The translations under genes were made by a program, and so were the position numbers. The notes under the pieces were generated by a model. It did no database searches. It was not told where the DNA came from and was given only the letters and a program-made list of their open reading frames with translations. A stretch of 64,000 nt of DNA from Macrostomum lignano (Eukaryota). This document shows positions 38,340 through 52,167 of the stretch, piece after piece (within the stretch, counting starts at the first letter, position 1; each line of letters opens with the position of its first letter). The stretch lies in the NCBI GenBank assembly GCA_002269645.1, contig NIVC01000402.1, positions 40,078 through 104,077 of the forward strand, in the 5' to 3' direction.

Positions 38340-38730
38340 TCTTTTAAATATACTCTACTGTCTCTTAAATCTACTCTCACTCTCTCAAATCTACCCTCAC
38401 TGTCTCTTAAATCTACTCTCACTCTCTTAAATCTACTCTCACTCTCTCAAATCTACTCTCACTGTCTCTTAAATTTACTCTCACTCTCTCAAATCTACTA
38501 TCACTCTCTCAAATCTACTCTTACTCTCTCGAATCTACTCTCACTCTCTCAAATCTACTCTCATTGTCTCTTAAATCTACTCTCACTCTCTCAAATCTAT
38601 TCTTACTCTCTCGAATCTACTCTCACTCTTTCGAATCTACTTTCACTCTTTTAAATCTACTCTCACTCTCTCGCATCTACTCTCTCTCCCTCAAATCTAC
38701 TCTCACTCTCTCAAATCTACTCTCACTGTT
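38340..38730. repeat. ~20-22-nt degenerate repeat AAATCTACTCTCACTCTCTC
   Basis: Read directly. Confidence 0.9.
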
Positions 38731-39904
38731 AAATATTAAATATTTTTAATCTGAAATTCACTAAATTTTTTAATATCTAATCTCGCCTCCGTAGTGTCTG
38801 TCAAACTGTTTTAAAAACATTCTCTATAATAAAAATCACTGAAAAGCACAGACTACTTCACTGACTCACAGTAATTATTATTTTCATCCACAACTACAGC
38901 ATAGACGCTATAATCAACTTGGCAACAATTTCACCAATTCCACAACCAGCTGCAAGCCACTATAACTATATAGCTTTCTCAATCAATTTTCACTCGCTAA
39001 TCCCTTCCTCCACCCATCTCCACGAGTAATCCGTTTTACGCCTCCATTATCGGATGGAAAAAATATTCAATCTTACTACTCTCCCCTCCTCTCCTCTTTT
39101 CTCCCCGCTTCCCAGTCTTAAAGAGTGGCCAAATGGATCTGCCATTCTGTTAACAGAAAATTCACCCCGGCTACGAAGCGAGTAAAGCCTATGCAATACT
39201 TAATCATATAATATAATTTATATAGGATTAAAAAGGGCTTCGAAATGTCATCATTACTTGCCTTCCGGTGAAAAGGAATGGGGGTCTGTTTTTAAAGTAT
39301 CGTCGTACACTAAACTTTACTAAATTATATATATAGTTGCAGATTAACCCGGTTGCTTATGTAAGAAGGTTAAAATTAAAGTCGATAATTACAGCTAAAC
39401 TTTTCGAAAAATTTAATTATTCGGACAAGATTCGTTTTTGAGACACCAGGTATTGAATACGTAAAACTGTGATGCGCTGTGAACACATCGACAAGCAAAT
39501 GATCACAGCTTGAATTGATGGCCTTCTATTAGCTTTGATCCCCAAGAGACCCGAGAAAGTATAACAGAAAGCCAAACAAATTATGAAAATGCATTGAGGT
39601 GTTTTGTCAAGTTTAGAAACTCGTCAATCAGGGAGACGCGGTGGCGAGTGGCGACAAATTATTAAAAAGCGAAGCGCAAATCTGAGTCCAGGTCCCAGGG
39701 GGGGGGGGCGAGCTAGAAAATAAGACGGAAAGGGCTTCGCTTAGCCATCCATAACTGAGGTGAAAGTCCCCTCAAGTTGAAATTGGAGAACAGGACAGGT
39801 TGCGATGGCAACTGAACGAGAGGGACAGAAGATTGAAGACGAGGATCAGAAAACAGAAGAAAAGCATGGAATGATGCTGACATGATCAAATGTTAGACTG
39901 AAAA

Positions 39905-40760
<856 letters not shown>

Positions 40761-41857
40761 CCCAACAAGACATGCCAGACGCACACAGTAAGAGACCTGC
40801 AGGCCAGCCAGCTGTGGCCAAGGCTGGCGGCTGGCTAAGAGACGCGGTCACCGAAGCGAGAACTCTGTCAGGAATTCCCAGCGGCGCGAGAGAAGCGTCC
40901 ATCATATTGCGCGGCGAGCGCTCTCAGTAGTTCGTGGATGCCCCCCTTTCCTCCCAGTCCATCATAACACTCGGGGAGGCCCAGCTTCCCACCTTCATCA
41001 TCAGCAGCAGCAGCAGCATCATAATCATCATAAGCTTGCATCCCATCCCCCCGGAGTCGTACAGCCCGAGTTCGAGCTGGGCACACGCGAACACGGAGAG
41101 TCCCGTGTAGACTAGAAGGGGCTGGTGGTGTGGGATCGGGGAGGGTGGGGGTGGGTCCGCCGGGGTCAGTCGCTGGGAGAATAATTAGTCAGTCAGAGAG
41201 GCCTCGGGTGCTTGTTTCTCCTCTGCGGTTCCTATCGTATTATTTTAATGCAAATTTTCTGACCGGCGGTGGCCACCAACCCCCCCCCCCTACAGGGCGA
41301 GTCGCTACCCTGAACTCACCCCAAATTCTGTCAATGTCGCTATTTTCCCTGCCCGCCTGATCCAATAATCACAGATATGCATATATATATATATATATAT
41401 ATATATGCATTTAAAGCTGGAGATTATAGACACAACTTTCACTGTTTGGGATAGAATTTCTAAGAAAATCGAAATATTTCAATAATTCATATAATATATT
41501 CCAGTAATCAAAGGCAACAGTCGATCCCAGACTGAATCCCAAACTGTGTTTCAAACAGTTTGCAAACAGTCTCGATCGGAAATCTGGAGGGTGTTGGAGG
41601 CTAACTTTTTGGCGCTAGCCTCTAATGATTTTTTTTATTTGGTTACACTAAACCAATGGGAGGCTAGAGTCTAGGTTAGAGCCCTACTCTTGGGTGTGGC
41701 AGCCTCTAAAAATGACCCAGATTTGATGCTCGCTATTTGAGGCTCGTATTGGAGGCTGGATTAGAGGCTCAATTAGAGGCTGAATTCGAGACTGGCGATT
41801 TGATGCTCAGTTAGAGGCTCAATTAGAGGCTCAACTAGTCATGGATTGCCTTTAAGA

Positions 41858-41898
41858 GTCGCGGCATCGAACCCGGGACGCATTTACCGCTTAGCTAC
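41858..41898 (-). mobile_element. Truncated tRNA-like/SINE head
   Basis: Minus strand GTAGCTAAGCGGTAAATGCGTCCCGGGTTCGATGCCGCGAC: A-box and B-box motifs with the anticodon arm missing. Confidence 0.45.
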
Positions 41899-42108
41899 TC
41901 TGCTTCCACCCAAGAGTTGTATCGTAGATATCTCTGTTATTTGTATGAGATAAAATAATAACAAACAAAAATACGCAAAAACGCTTATGATCCTACTTTT
42001 TTCTAATAACAGTAGCAATATCGATGTTATTGCTGAATAAATGCTAAAAAATACGAAAACAAGCGAAAATGTAAGAACAACGCATTAAAATGAAAAAAAT
42101 TCGCTTAC

Positions 42109-42245
42109 CTTTTCGTCCAATTTTTTATTCTCCTCGGAGTCGGCGTCCATCTCGAAGTAGAGCTCGGCCTTCGTCACGGACAGCTGGCCGACAATTTGGA
42201 CACTGGGTGCCAGTAATAGGCAGCTGATAGACAGAGCGACGGGGC
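42109..42245 (-). CDS. nbea: Neurobeachin exon, first half of PH domain (GPVALSISCLLLAP...ELYFEMDADSEENKKLDEK)
   Basis: Acceptor GCTTCAG|GC, donor AAG|GTAAGC; 137 nt, phase 1 to 0; precedes the 17-kb host intron. Confidence 0.93.
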
Positions 42246-42609
42246 CTGAAGCGGATTAGAATAAGGAAACGATAGGGGAGGTTGATGTCCGGTGTAGACT
42301 ACTTGTACGTTTAAATAAGTAGCATGAATCGGGTTATTGTTTTTTCTGAAGGGTAAGCTCTAATCCAGGAATATTTTTTCGATCATATCGGCGAGAATCA
42401 GCAACATTGTTCACGTTCTAATTTGATAATTAAAGTCGGGATTCGGCAACAAGAAAATTTAATTTACGAATAGAAAACACCACGGATTGTCCTTCTGCAC
42501 TAATAGTAATATATAAGCACATTCACAGAGCACAGCAATACAGAAATATTAGGGGTGTATTGATTACATGGTAAATTGATTTTTGTACTGTGGAATCAAT
42601 CAAATTAAG

Positions 42610-43205
42610 TAAGGGGATCGGATTGGTTCAGTGGATCGGATTGGGTCAGTGGATCGGATTGGGTCAGTGGATCGGATTGGGTCACGGGATCGGGTTGGGT
42701 CAGTGGATCGGATTGGGTCAGTGGATCGGATCGGGTCAGTGGATCGGATTGGGTCACGGGATCGGGTTGGGTCAGTGGATCGGATTGGGTCAGTGGGATT
42801 GGGTCAGGGGATCGGATTGGGTCACGGGATCGGGTTGGGTCAGTGGATCGGATTGGGTCAGGGGATCGGGTTGGGTCACGGGATCGGGTTGGGTCAGTGG
42901 ATCGGATTGGGTCAGTGGGATTGGGTCAGGGGATCGGATTGGGTCAGGAGATCGGATTGGGTCAGGGGATAGGATTGGGTCAGGGGATAGGATTGGGTCA
43001 GTAGGATTGGGTCAGTGGATCGGATTGGGTCAGGAGATCGGATTGGGTCAGGGGATAGGATTGGGTCAGGGGATAGGATTGGGTCAGTGGGATTGGGTCA
43101 GTGGATCGGATTGGGTCAGGGGATCGGATTGGGTCAGGAGATCGGATTGGGTCAGTGGATCGGATTGGGTCAGGGGATCGGATTGGGTCAGGGGATCGGA
43201 TTAGA
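42610..43205. repeat. 18-nt G-rich minisatellite GGATCGGATTGGGTCA(GT/GG/CG)
   Basis: Read directly; source of the GLGQWI ORFs. Confidence 0.95.
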
Positions 43206-43724
43206 TAATTTTTTGAACAATCATATTTAAGAGCATTTTAGGATCAAAGGCAATCAGTCTATTTCCCTGCTTCAATTGCACAGCGATTTCACCAACTACC
43301 AATATACATGTAGAAAAAAAGCAATTATTTAGCGATTCGAATGTAATGCTGTTGAAGAATCACCTTACTAAAAAAATGGATGAATTTATTAAAAAAGACA
43401 ACGACTTAAAACACGTGAAATACCTAGATAAATTCTATGCTTGTATCCTTTATCTGCAATGAGATAATGAGACTTTGCAGTAAGCTGACAAAGAAATGCA
43501 CTGTAACCTACAGTGAACTAAAATAAGCAAAAAATTAAGCAATACATGTCCTGCAGCTTCACTTCTATCTATGCAAAAATTAATGCAAACATCAGCTAGA
43601 AATTATTGAACCCTTCAGTATCATCACAATATACCTAAATGTTAAGTAACTAAGAATTATTTGGATATGGAGATAAATAAGAGTTGACCTGGCAAGAGCG
43701 AGTGTACACAAAAGAGAGGTAGGG

Positions 43725-44100
43725 TTTGGGCTAGAGTGTGTACATTGGAAAGGGTAGGGTTCGGCTAGTGTGTACATTGAGGATGGGTAGGGGTTCGGCT
43801 GGAGTGTACATTGAGGATGGGTAGGGGTTCGGCTGGAGTTTACATTGAGGATGGGTAGGGGTTTGGCTAGAGTGTACATTGGGGATGGGTAGGGGTTCGG
43901 CTGGAGTGTACATTAGGGATGGGTAGGGGTTTGGCTGGAGTGTGTACATTAGGTATGGGTAGGGTTTGGCTGGAGTGTGTACATAAGGTATGGGTAGGGG
44001 TTTGGCTAGAGTGTACATTGGGGATGGGTAGGGGTTTGGCTGGAGTGTGTACATTAGGGGTTTGGCTCGAGTGTGTACATTAGGAATGGGTAGGGTTAGA
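43725..44100. repeat. 34-nt G-rich minisatellite GTGTACATTGAGGATGGGTAGGGGTTCGGCTGGA, ~10 copies
   Basis: Read directly. Confidence 0.93.
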
Positions 44101-44746
44101 CTACAGTAGTATGCACTTTGGGAGGCGTTGGTATGTTATAGTATTTGGCTAGGAATTAAAGTTATAAATTAATAACGATTCGAATGTACAATAACAGAAA
44201 GCAAAGCCCTATTTGGAACGTAGTGCATAAATTAGTATAAAGTTGTATTGTGACATTAGGAGTTTAGGAAACATCACAAAAAGTTATTATTTTTATAGTC
44301 CGTTAAATTCAAAGCATTATTGACATAAAGTTATATTTCGCAATAAATGCCAGTCAGATGGTAAGAAGACGTCACGGCATCAATATTGGATTAGCAAGAA
44401 CTCAAGCTTAGCGGAAGAATTAATAAGAGAAGCAACATAAGGAAATAATAAGAGATACGCCTGAACAATCTGCTTGGATATTATATTACCAACTATCATC
44501 GGGCCGTTATCCAAACCTGAATTGCATTGTAAAGGATTATTTTAGTAGTGTAAACAGAAAGTTCTGAACAAAATGTTGCTTAGACTACTGAGGTTGCGCA
44601 TGCGAGTAGAAAGATTGGATAGTTTTTTCCAACTTTGAATTGGTTCGTGCAGCAATGGGGCCTGGCAAATAAATAGTTATTTTGGATCCACAACAGACAG
44701 ATAGCGGAGATGAAAACTCAGTTGAGCACAGACAGTCCAAACTCAC

Positions 44747-45009
44747 CGGGCAGGTCGATCTCGGAATCAGCATCGGCAGTCATCAGCTCTTCGTCGGTGA
44801 CACCGTGGCCGTCTTCGCGCAGTTTGCTGGCGTTTCGACAGGCAACCACAGCCTCGCGAGCGAGTTGCACTACTTCCGGCGAGGCGCCGTGCTCCATGGC
44901 GGCCTTCAGCGTCGCCTCCGGATGCGTGCTGCCGTGAGCGTTCGGGACAAGTCGGCGACGCCGGCGGCTGTCGTCTTCCCAGGAGTCCAGTCGGAAGAAT
45001 TCCAGGCGC
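44747..45009 (-). CDS. nbea: Neurobeachin exon (RLEFFRLDSWEDDSRRRRRLVPNAHGSTHPEATLKAA...)
   Basis: Acceptor CGCGCCAG|G, donor CCCG|GTGAGT; 263 nt, phase 2 to 1; hallmark WEDD.RRRRR motif. Confidence 0.93.
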
Positions 45010-45059
45010 CTGGCGCGGTGGCGGGAACATCAATAAAATCTCCAAAGATCCCAGTTAGC

Positions 45060-46085
45060 AAAGAATCTCAACATTCACTGATCCCAGTCATTCCCCATTC
45101 ACTGATCCAAGTCATTAAGCCATTCACTAATCTCAGTCATTCACCATTCACTGACCCCAGTCATTCACCATTCACTAATCCCAGTCATTCACCATTCACT
45201 GACCCCAGTCATTCACCATTCACTAATCCCAGTCATTCACCATTCACTAATCCCAGTCATTCACCATTCACTGATCCCAGTCATTAAACCATTCACTGAG
45301 CCAAGTCATTCACCATTCACTGATCCAAGTCATTCACCATTTACTGATCCCAGTCATTCACCATTCACTGATCTAAGTCATTCACCATTTACTGATTCCA
45401 GTCGTTCCCCATTCACTGATCCCAGTCGTTCTCCATTCACTGATCCCAATCATTCACCATTCACTGATCCCAGTCATTCACCATTTACTGATCCCAGTCA
45501 TTCACCATTTACTGATCCCAGTCATTCACCATTTACTGATCCTAGTCATTCACCATTTACTGATCCCAATCATTCACCATTCACTGATCCAAGTCATTCA
45601 CCATTTACTGATCCCAGTCATTCACCATTTACTGATCCCAGTCATTCCCCATTCACTGATCCCAGTCGTTCTCCATTCACTGATCCAAGTCATTCACCAT
45701 TCACTGACCCCAGTCATTCACCATTCACTGACCCCAGTCATTCACCATTCACTAATCCCAGTCATTCACCATTCACTAATCCCAGTCATTCACCATTTAC
45801 TGATTCCAGTCGTTCCCCATTCACTGATCCCAATCATTCACCATTCACTGATCCCAGTCATTCACCATTTACTGATCCCAGTCATTCACCATTTACTGAT
45901 CCCAGTCATTCACCATTTACTGATCCCAGTCATTCCCCATTCACTGATCCAAGTTATTAAGCAATTCACAGATCAAAGTCAGTTAAGAATCTCCTTATTC
46001 ACTGATCTAGTCAGTCTCCATTCACGGATCAAAGTCAGTTAAGAATCTTCTCATTCACTGATCTAGTCAGTCCCAATTCACTGAT
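45060..46085. repeat. 24-nt minisatellite TTCACTGATCCCAGTCATTCACCA, filling intron 45010-46106
   Basis: Read directly. Confidence 0.96.
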
Positions 46086-46106
46086 GGGAGTGAAACTGTC
46101 ACTCAC

Positions 46107-46270
46107 TCTTTAGTCGGCGAGCCCCAAGGCCCGTGCCGATTGCACAGTGTGTTGTAGACTTTCTCGCGGATTTTCACGCCCTGCGCGGAGTCGCGTTGCC
46201 TAGCCGAGGTGATGAGGTGGTCGCACAGCTTCTCTTCTTCACGCCGTTCAGCTGATGTTTGCGCGCAAAT
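46107..46270 (-). CDS. nbea: Neurobeachin exon, DUF1088 ([27 protein letters not shown]...NRHGPWG)
   Basis: Acceptor ACGCTTAG|ATT, donor GA|GTGAGT; 164 nt, phase 0 to 2; corresponds to NBEA RREEEKMCDHLI...KHGAWG. Confidence 0.93.
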
Positions 46271-46394
46271 CTAAGCGTGAAATTTTTCAAGATTTTAGAT
46301 TAAATATTTACGATTAAATTGCAGTTAAGCCTAGTAATAGTAAGTGACTTACTTACGAAAAAAAGTAAGCAAATATTTTGCAATAATCGTGGGT

Positions 46395-46925
46395 TCGAAT
46401 GACCCCAAGCTACTGAAGGACGAATGACTTCAAGCTATTCGAAGGTCGAATGACCCCAATCTACTGGAGGCCGAATGACCCCAATCTACTGGAAGTCGAA
46501 TGACCCCAAGCTACTGAAGGACGAATGACCCCAATCTACTGGAGGACGAATGACCCCAATCTACTGGAGGTCGAATGACCCCAATCAACTGGAGGACGAA
46601 TGACCCCACTCTCCTGAAGGTCGAATGACCCCAATCTACTGGAGGTCGAATGACCCCACTCTCCTGAAGGTCGAATGACCCCAATCTACTGGAGGTCGAA
46701 TGACCCCAATCTACTGGAGGACGAATGACCCCAAGCTAGTGGAGGTCGAATGACCCAACTCTCCTAAAGGTCGAATGACCCCAATCTACTGAAGGTCGAA
46801 TGACTCCAATCTTCTGAATGACGAATTACCCCAAGATAGTAGAGGTCGAATGACTCCAAGCTAGTGGAGGTCGAATGACCCCAATCCGAATGAGCACGAA
46901 TGACTCCAGTCAACTGGAGGTAGAA
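46395..46925. repeat. 25-nt minisatellite GTCGAATGACCCCAATCTACTGGAG, ~21 copies
   Basis: Read directly. Confidence 0.95.
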
Positions 46926-47144
46926 TTACCCCAATCTACTGAAAGTCGAATGACGCCCCGAACTCGAGTCAAAATGATAAGAGGTCAAATGAAGGTCAAA
47001 CGAAGATCAAACGAAGGTCAAATGAAGGTCAAACGAAGGTCAAATGAAGGTCAATCTGATTTCGATCTTGATCGATTGAGCTGAGCAAGTCTGCAAGCTG
47101 AATACAGAGCAGGCTAGGTCAGTTAATAAACGCGCGCAGCTCAC

Positions 47145-47980
47145 CTGTTCGAAATCGGCGTGCTTCTGCACATCCTCGGCCCGCATCCGATTCAAAATGA
47201 ATTCAGCCTCGTTAGCCACTCGAACAATATGATCCCTAGTGGCGTGCGACAATATCCTGCCCTCGTTAACTAGCTCGATAAAAGCTAATCCGGCGTGTTT
47301 CTGCAGCGAGTTTTGCCACTCCTGCGAGCACAGCAGCATCACCAGTTCTACAACGCTGCTGCTCTCCTTCAGGGTGACCAGGCCGCCAACCAGCAGCTCC
47401 TGGCCGTGCGAGCCAATCAGAGTTTTCGATAGAAAGCCGGAGAAATCAATGAAAATTTCGCGCAACAAAGGCGCCGCGCTGCTTAGAGCGGCTTCGAGCC
47501 GCTGCGTCAGGCTGTCGTTGCCGGCTGCCGCTGCGGCGGCGGCGGCGGCCACGGGGAACTGGCGAGGCAGGCGAAGGCTGCTCGGCCGGTCCTGGCGGCC
47601 GTCGCGGTCCGACTGGCGAAGCTGAATAGAGGAGATCGGCTCGCCCGCGGCTGCCGCTGCATCGCCGCTTTCGCCGTCGCCCTCATTTTTGTTACCTTCT
47701 CCATCGCCTTCAGCGGCATCGTCGGCGTTGTCCTCGCCAACTCCCTCGCCTTCGCCGGCGTCGTCGCCGAGATCGTCAGCGGCGGAGGTTGGCGGCAGCT
47801 CGCCCTCCGCTCCAGTAGACGTCGCCTTGCCGCTGTCGCCATCGCCTTGGCTTTCTCCGTCGCCATTTCCGTCGCCCTCGCCATTGTCTTTGGTCGTCGA
47901 ACTGCCGTCAGCGACGCTAGCATTAGCTGCGTTGGCGGAGCGTCGCTGCTCATCAGAGATGGACCCATTGGCTGAGCTCT
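47145..47980 (-). CDS. nbea: Neurobeachin exon: acidic low-complexity linker plus start of DUF1088 ([16 protein letters not shown]...[28 protein letters not shown])
   Basis: Acceptor TTTGCGCAG|AG, donor CAG|GTGAGC; 836 nt, phase 1 to 0. Confidence 0.95.
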
Positions 47981-48224
47981 CTGCGCAAATGCAATTGAAA
48001 TTGATTACATGCATATCGCTCGCAGTGTTGAAGTTTATTTCAAGTATAAAATTGATTTATTTACGTGAAAAAAGTGCTAGTTTGAGCGGACTGAACTTTC
48101 AAAGCAAACAATTATAAGTGAGAGTATGCAATATATACTACTACTAACTAAATAGTAATTAACGGTGAGCAGTATTAAAGAATAATTAGTGAGATTATAC
48201 TCTTTAAATAAAACGAGCCAGAAA

Positions 48225-48630
48225 TCTGGGCTGTTCTTTGAGCTGTTCCAGCAAATCTTGAGCTGTTCTAACTATCCTTGAGTTGTTCCAACTAATCTTG
48301 AGTTGTTCCAACTAACCTTAAACTGTTCTAACTATCCTTGAGCTGTTTTAACTATCCTTGAGCTGTTCTAACTATCCTTGAGCTGTTCTAACTATCCTTG
48401 AGCTGTTCTAACTATCCTTGAGCAGTTTTAACTATCCTTGAGCTGTTCTAACTATCCTTGAGCTGTTCTAACTAACCTTGAGCTGTTCTAACTATCCTTG
48501 AGCTGTTCTAACTAACCTTGAGCTGTTGTAACTATCCTTGAGCTGTTCTAACTATCCTTAGCTGTTTTAACTAACCTTGAGCTGTTCTAACTAACCTTGA
48601 GCTGTTCCAACTAACCTTGAGCTGTTCTAA
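48225..48630. repeat. 20-nt minisatellite CCTTGAGCTGTTCTAACTAT, ~18 copies
   Basis: Read directly. Confidence 0.95.
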
Positions 48631-48984
48631 GGATCTTCAATATTGCCACAAATAAAAAACAAATAAAAAACGAAATGATAAATCAGTAAGTAAAACAAGT
48701 AAAGGCATCTCAGATACAGTACAGAGGATAAGAGCAACTTGCAGCAAGTAGTGAAGCTACAAAATATTCAAACACAGATACGGACAGCCTAATAATCAGC
48801 ACTGGTTTAAGCGCACATGCTACTCAAGCGGGCGGGTACTTCTAACCAAAATTCTAATATTAGGAACCAAAAACTAAATCGAGTTGAATGCAAGCACTTT
48901 ATTCGGTAACGGCGCATCGGGGTATTCAGAAGTAAAGTAGACGAGTATAACAAACAGAAAAACAGGCAGAACAAGGCAAAATAC

Positions 48985-49011
48985 CTCCTCGTTTTAACAG
49001 CATGGCTTTGG
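48985..49011 (-). CDS. nbea: Candidate 27-nt microexon ((A)KAMLLKRG)
   Basis: ACATTTTTGCAG|CCAAAGCCATGCTGTTAAAACGAGGAG|GTATTT in a phase-1 intron; in frame and stop-free. The donor is only moderate. Confidence 0.4.
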
Positions 49012-49254
49012 CTGCAAAAATGTTATTGTTTCCATTGTTTGCAGCACATTTTATTACAGCACTACTGATAGATTACTACTACAGACTACTGACAGTGAAT
49101 AGTAGCAAGAAACGATCGAAAAGCTTATTTTTTGTTATACTAAAAATTCTCCGGCAAAAATCTTAGAACCAATTTAAACAAAAGCTAAGAGAACTCCCTA
49201 TTGGAGTCTAGGTGTGGTACTACTAGTCAGGTAGGAGTAGGATAATATATAATC

Positions 49255-51885
49255 CAGGTAGGAATGAGATAAGATAATACAGGTGGGAATGAGATAAGAT
49301 AACACAGGTGGAAATGAGATAAGATAACACAGGTGGGAATAAGATAACACAGGTGGGAATGAGATAAGATAACACACGTAAGAATGAGATAAGATAACAC
49401 AGGTAAGAATGAGATAAGATAACACAGGTAAGAATGAGATAAGATAACACAGGTGGAAATGAGATAAGATAACACACGTAAGAATGAGATAAGATAACAC
49501 AGGTAAGAATGAGATAAGATAACACAGGTAGGAATGATATAAGATAACACAGGTTGGGGTGAAATGAGATAACGGGTGAAATGAGATAACACAATTAGTA
49601 GTGAGAAAACACAGGTAGGAATGAGATAAGATAACACAGGTAGGAATGAGATAAGATAACACATGTAGGAATAAGATAACACAGGTGGGAATGAGATAAG
49701 ATAACACATGTAGGAATGAGATAAGATAACACAGGTAGGAATGAGATAACACAGGTAGGAATGAGATAAGATAACACAGGTAAGAGTGAGATAAAAAAAC
49801 ACAGGTAGGAATGATATAAGATAACACAGGTGGCAATGAGATAAGATAACACAGACAGGAGTGAGATAAGATAACACAGGTAAGAGTGAGAAAAGAAAAC
49901 ACAGGTAGGAATGATATAAGATAACACAGGTAGGAATGAGATAAGATAACACAGACAGGAGTGAGATAAGATAACACAGGTGGCAATGAGATAAGTTAAC
50001 ACAAGTGGGAATGAGATAAGATAACACAGACAGGAGTGAGATAAGATAACACAGGTGGCAATGAGATAAGTTAACCCAGGTAGGAATGAGATAAGATAAC
50101 ACAGGTAGGAATGAGATAAGATAACACAGGTAAGAATGAGATAAGATAACACAGGTGGAAATGAGATAAGATAACACACGTAAGAATGAGATAAGATAAC
50201 ACAGGTAAGAATGAGATAAGATAACACAGGTAAGAATGAGATAAGATAACACAGGTGGAAATGAGATAAGATAACACACGTAAGAATTAGATAAGATAAC
50301 ACAGGTAAGAATGAGATAAGATAACACAGGTAGGAATGATATAAGATAACACAGGTTGGGGTGAAATGAGATAACGGGTAAAATGAGATAACACAATTAG
50401 TAGTGAGAAAACACAGGTAGGAATGAGATAAGATAACACAGGTAGGAATGAGATAAGATAACACATGTAGGAATAAGATAGCACAGGTGGGAATGAGATA
50501 AGATAACACAGGTAAGAGTGAGATAAGAAAACACAGGTAGGAATGATATAAGATAACACAGGTGGCAATGAGATAAGATAACACAGACAGGAGTGAGATA
50601 AGATAACACAGGTAAGAGTGAGAAAAGAAAACACAGGTAGGAATGATATAAGATAACACAGGTAGGAATGAGATAAGATAACACAGACAGGAGTGAGATA
50701 AGATAACACAGGTGGAAATGAGATAAGTTAACACAAGTGGGAATGAGATAAGATAACACAGACAGGAGTGAGATAAGATAACACAGGTGGGAATAAGATA
50801 ACACAGGTGGGAATGAGATAAGATAACACACGTAAGAATGAGATAAGATAACACAGGTAAGAATGAGATAAGATAACACAGGTAAGAATGAGATAAGATA
50901 ACACAGGTGGAAATGAGATAAGATAACACACGTAAGAATGAGATAAGATAACACAGGTAAGAATGAGATAAGATAACACAGGTAGGAATGATATAAGATA
51001 ACACAGGTTGGGGTGAAATGAGATAACGGGTGAAATGAGATAACACAATTAGTAGTGAGAAAACACAGGTAGGAATGAGATAAGATAACACAGGTAGGAA
51101 TGAGATAAGATAACACATGTAGGAATAAGATAACACAGGTGGGAATGAGATAAGATAACACATGTAGGAATGAGATAAGATAACACAGGTAGGAATGAGA
51201 TAACACAGGTAGGAATGAGATAAGATAACACAGGTAAGAGTGAGATAAGAAAACACAGGTAGGAATGATATAAGATAACACAGGTGGCAATGAGATAAGA
51301 TAACACAGACAGGAGTGAGATAAGATAACACAGGTAAGAGTGAGAAAAGAAAACACAGGTAGGAATGATATAAGATAACACAGGTAGGAATGAGATAAGA
51401 TAACACAGACAGGAGTGAGATAAGATAACACAGGTGGCAATGAGATAAGTTAACACAAGTGGGAATGAGATAAGATAACACAGACAGGAGTGAGATAAGA
51501 TAACACAGGTGGCAATGAGATAAGTTAACCCAGGTAGGAATGAGATAAGATAACACAGGTAGGAATGAGATAACACAGGTAGGAATGAGATAAGATAACA
51601 CAGGTAAGAGTGAGAAAAGAAAACACAGGTAGGAATGATATAAGATAACACAGGTGGCAATGAGATAAGATAACACAGACAGGAGTGAGATAAGATAACA
51701 CAGGTAAGAGTGAGAAAAGAAAACACAGGTAGGAATGATATAAGATAACACAGGTGGCAATGAGATAAGATAACACAGACAGGAGTGAGATAAGATAACA
51801 CAGGTGGCAATGAGATAGGTTAACACAAGTGGGAATGAGATAAGATAACACAGGTAAGAATAAGAAAACAGAGTGAGATAAGGTA
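49255..51885. repeat. ~25-nt minisatellite GAGATAAGATAACACAGGT(A/G)(A/G)GAAT with higher-order block duplications, 2.6 kb
   Basis: The rare variant AGGTTGGGGTGAAATGAGATAACGGGT recurs at about 49551, 50353 and 51005. Confidence 0.97.
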
Positions 51886-52010
51886 GGATATCTAGGCTTA
51901 TTCTCCTATCTGAGGAGATAAGACAGTCCAATCCAATCAGCGCATAACCAACCCCAACCAAAGAATATTAACAGCCAGAAATTGGCCATAGAAATCAACT
52001 ATGCTTTTAC

Positions 52011-52167
52011 CTTCATTAAGCGTAGGCAGACTGTCCGAGCTGACCTGGCCAGACGGAGTAGCCAGCGGAGTCGGCGGCTCCAGCACGTCCCGGTATTTCG
52101 ACACCATCAGCACGGAGACAAAATAAGCGACAGCTAAAGCCAGGAACTGAGCTTGTTTGGTCTCCTC
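52011..52167 (-). CDS. nbea: Neurobeachin exon ([31 protein letters not shown]...)
   Basis: Acceptor AACCCAG|GAG, donor GAAG|GTAAAA; 157 nt, phase 0 to 1. Too short for the ORF track but matches the conserved [22 protein letters not shown] motif. Confidence 0.93.

Noticed and set aside
38870-38893. 24-nt microexon candidate LWMKIIIT (TGTAG|...|GTGAGT) in the host intron
   Set aside because: Weak pyrimidine tract, would insert a hydrophobic peptide into the PH fold, and chance hits are expected in a 17-kb intron.
40868-41086. 72-aa minus-strand ORF in the host intron, and ORFs at 60834-61248
   Set aside because: No neurobeachin homology, no convincing splice sites, and flanking exons already join in phase without them.
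44682-48117. Plus-strand ORFs 44682-45287, 47239-47625, 47689-48117 (also 8303-8857 and 56860-57472)
   Set aside because: Antisense shadows of GC-rich neurobeachin exons.
49198-51961. Long ORFs up to 788 aa (YLISFLPVLS repeats)
   Set aside because: Translations of the 25-nt minisatellite; open in several overlapping frames; no splice or homology support.
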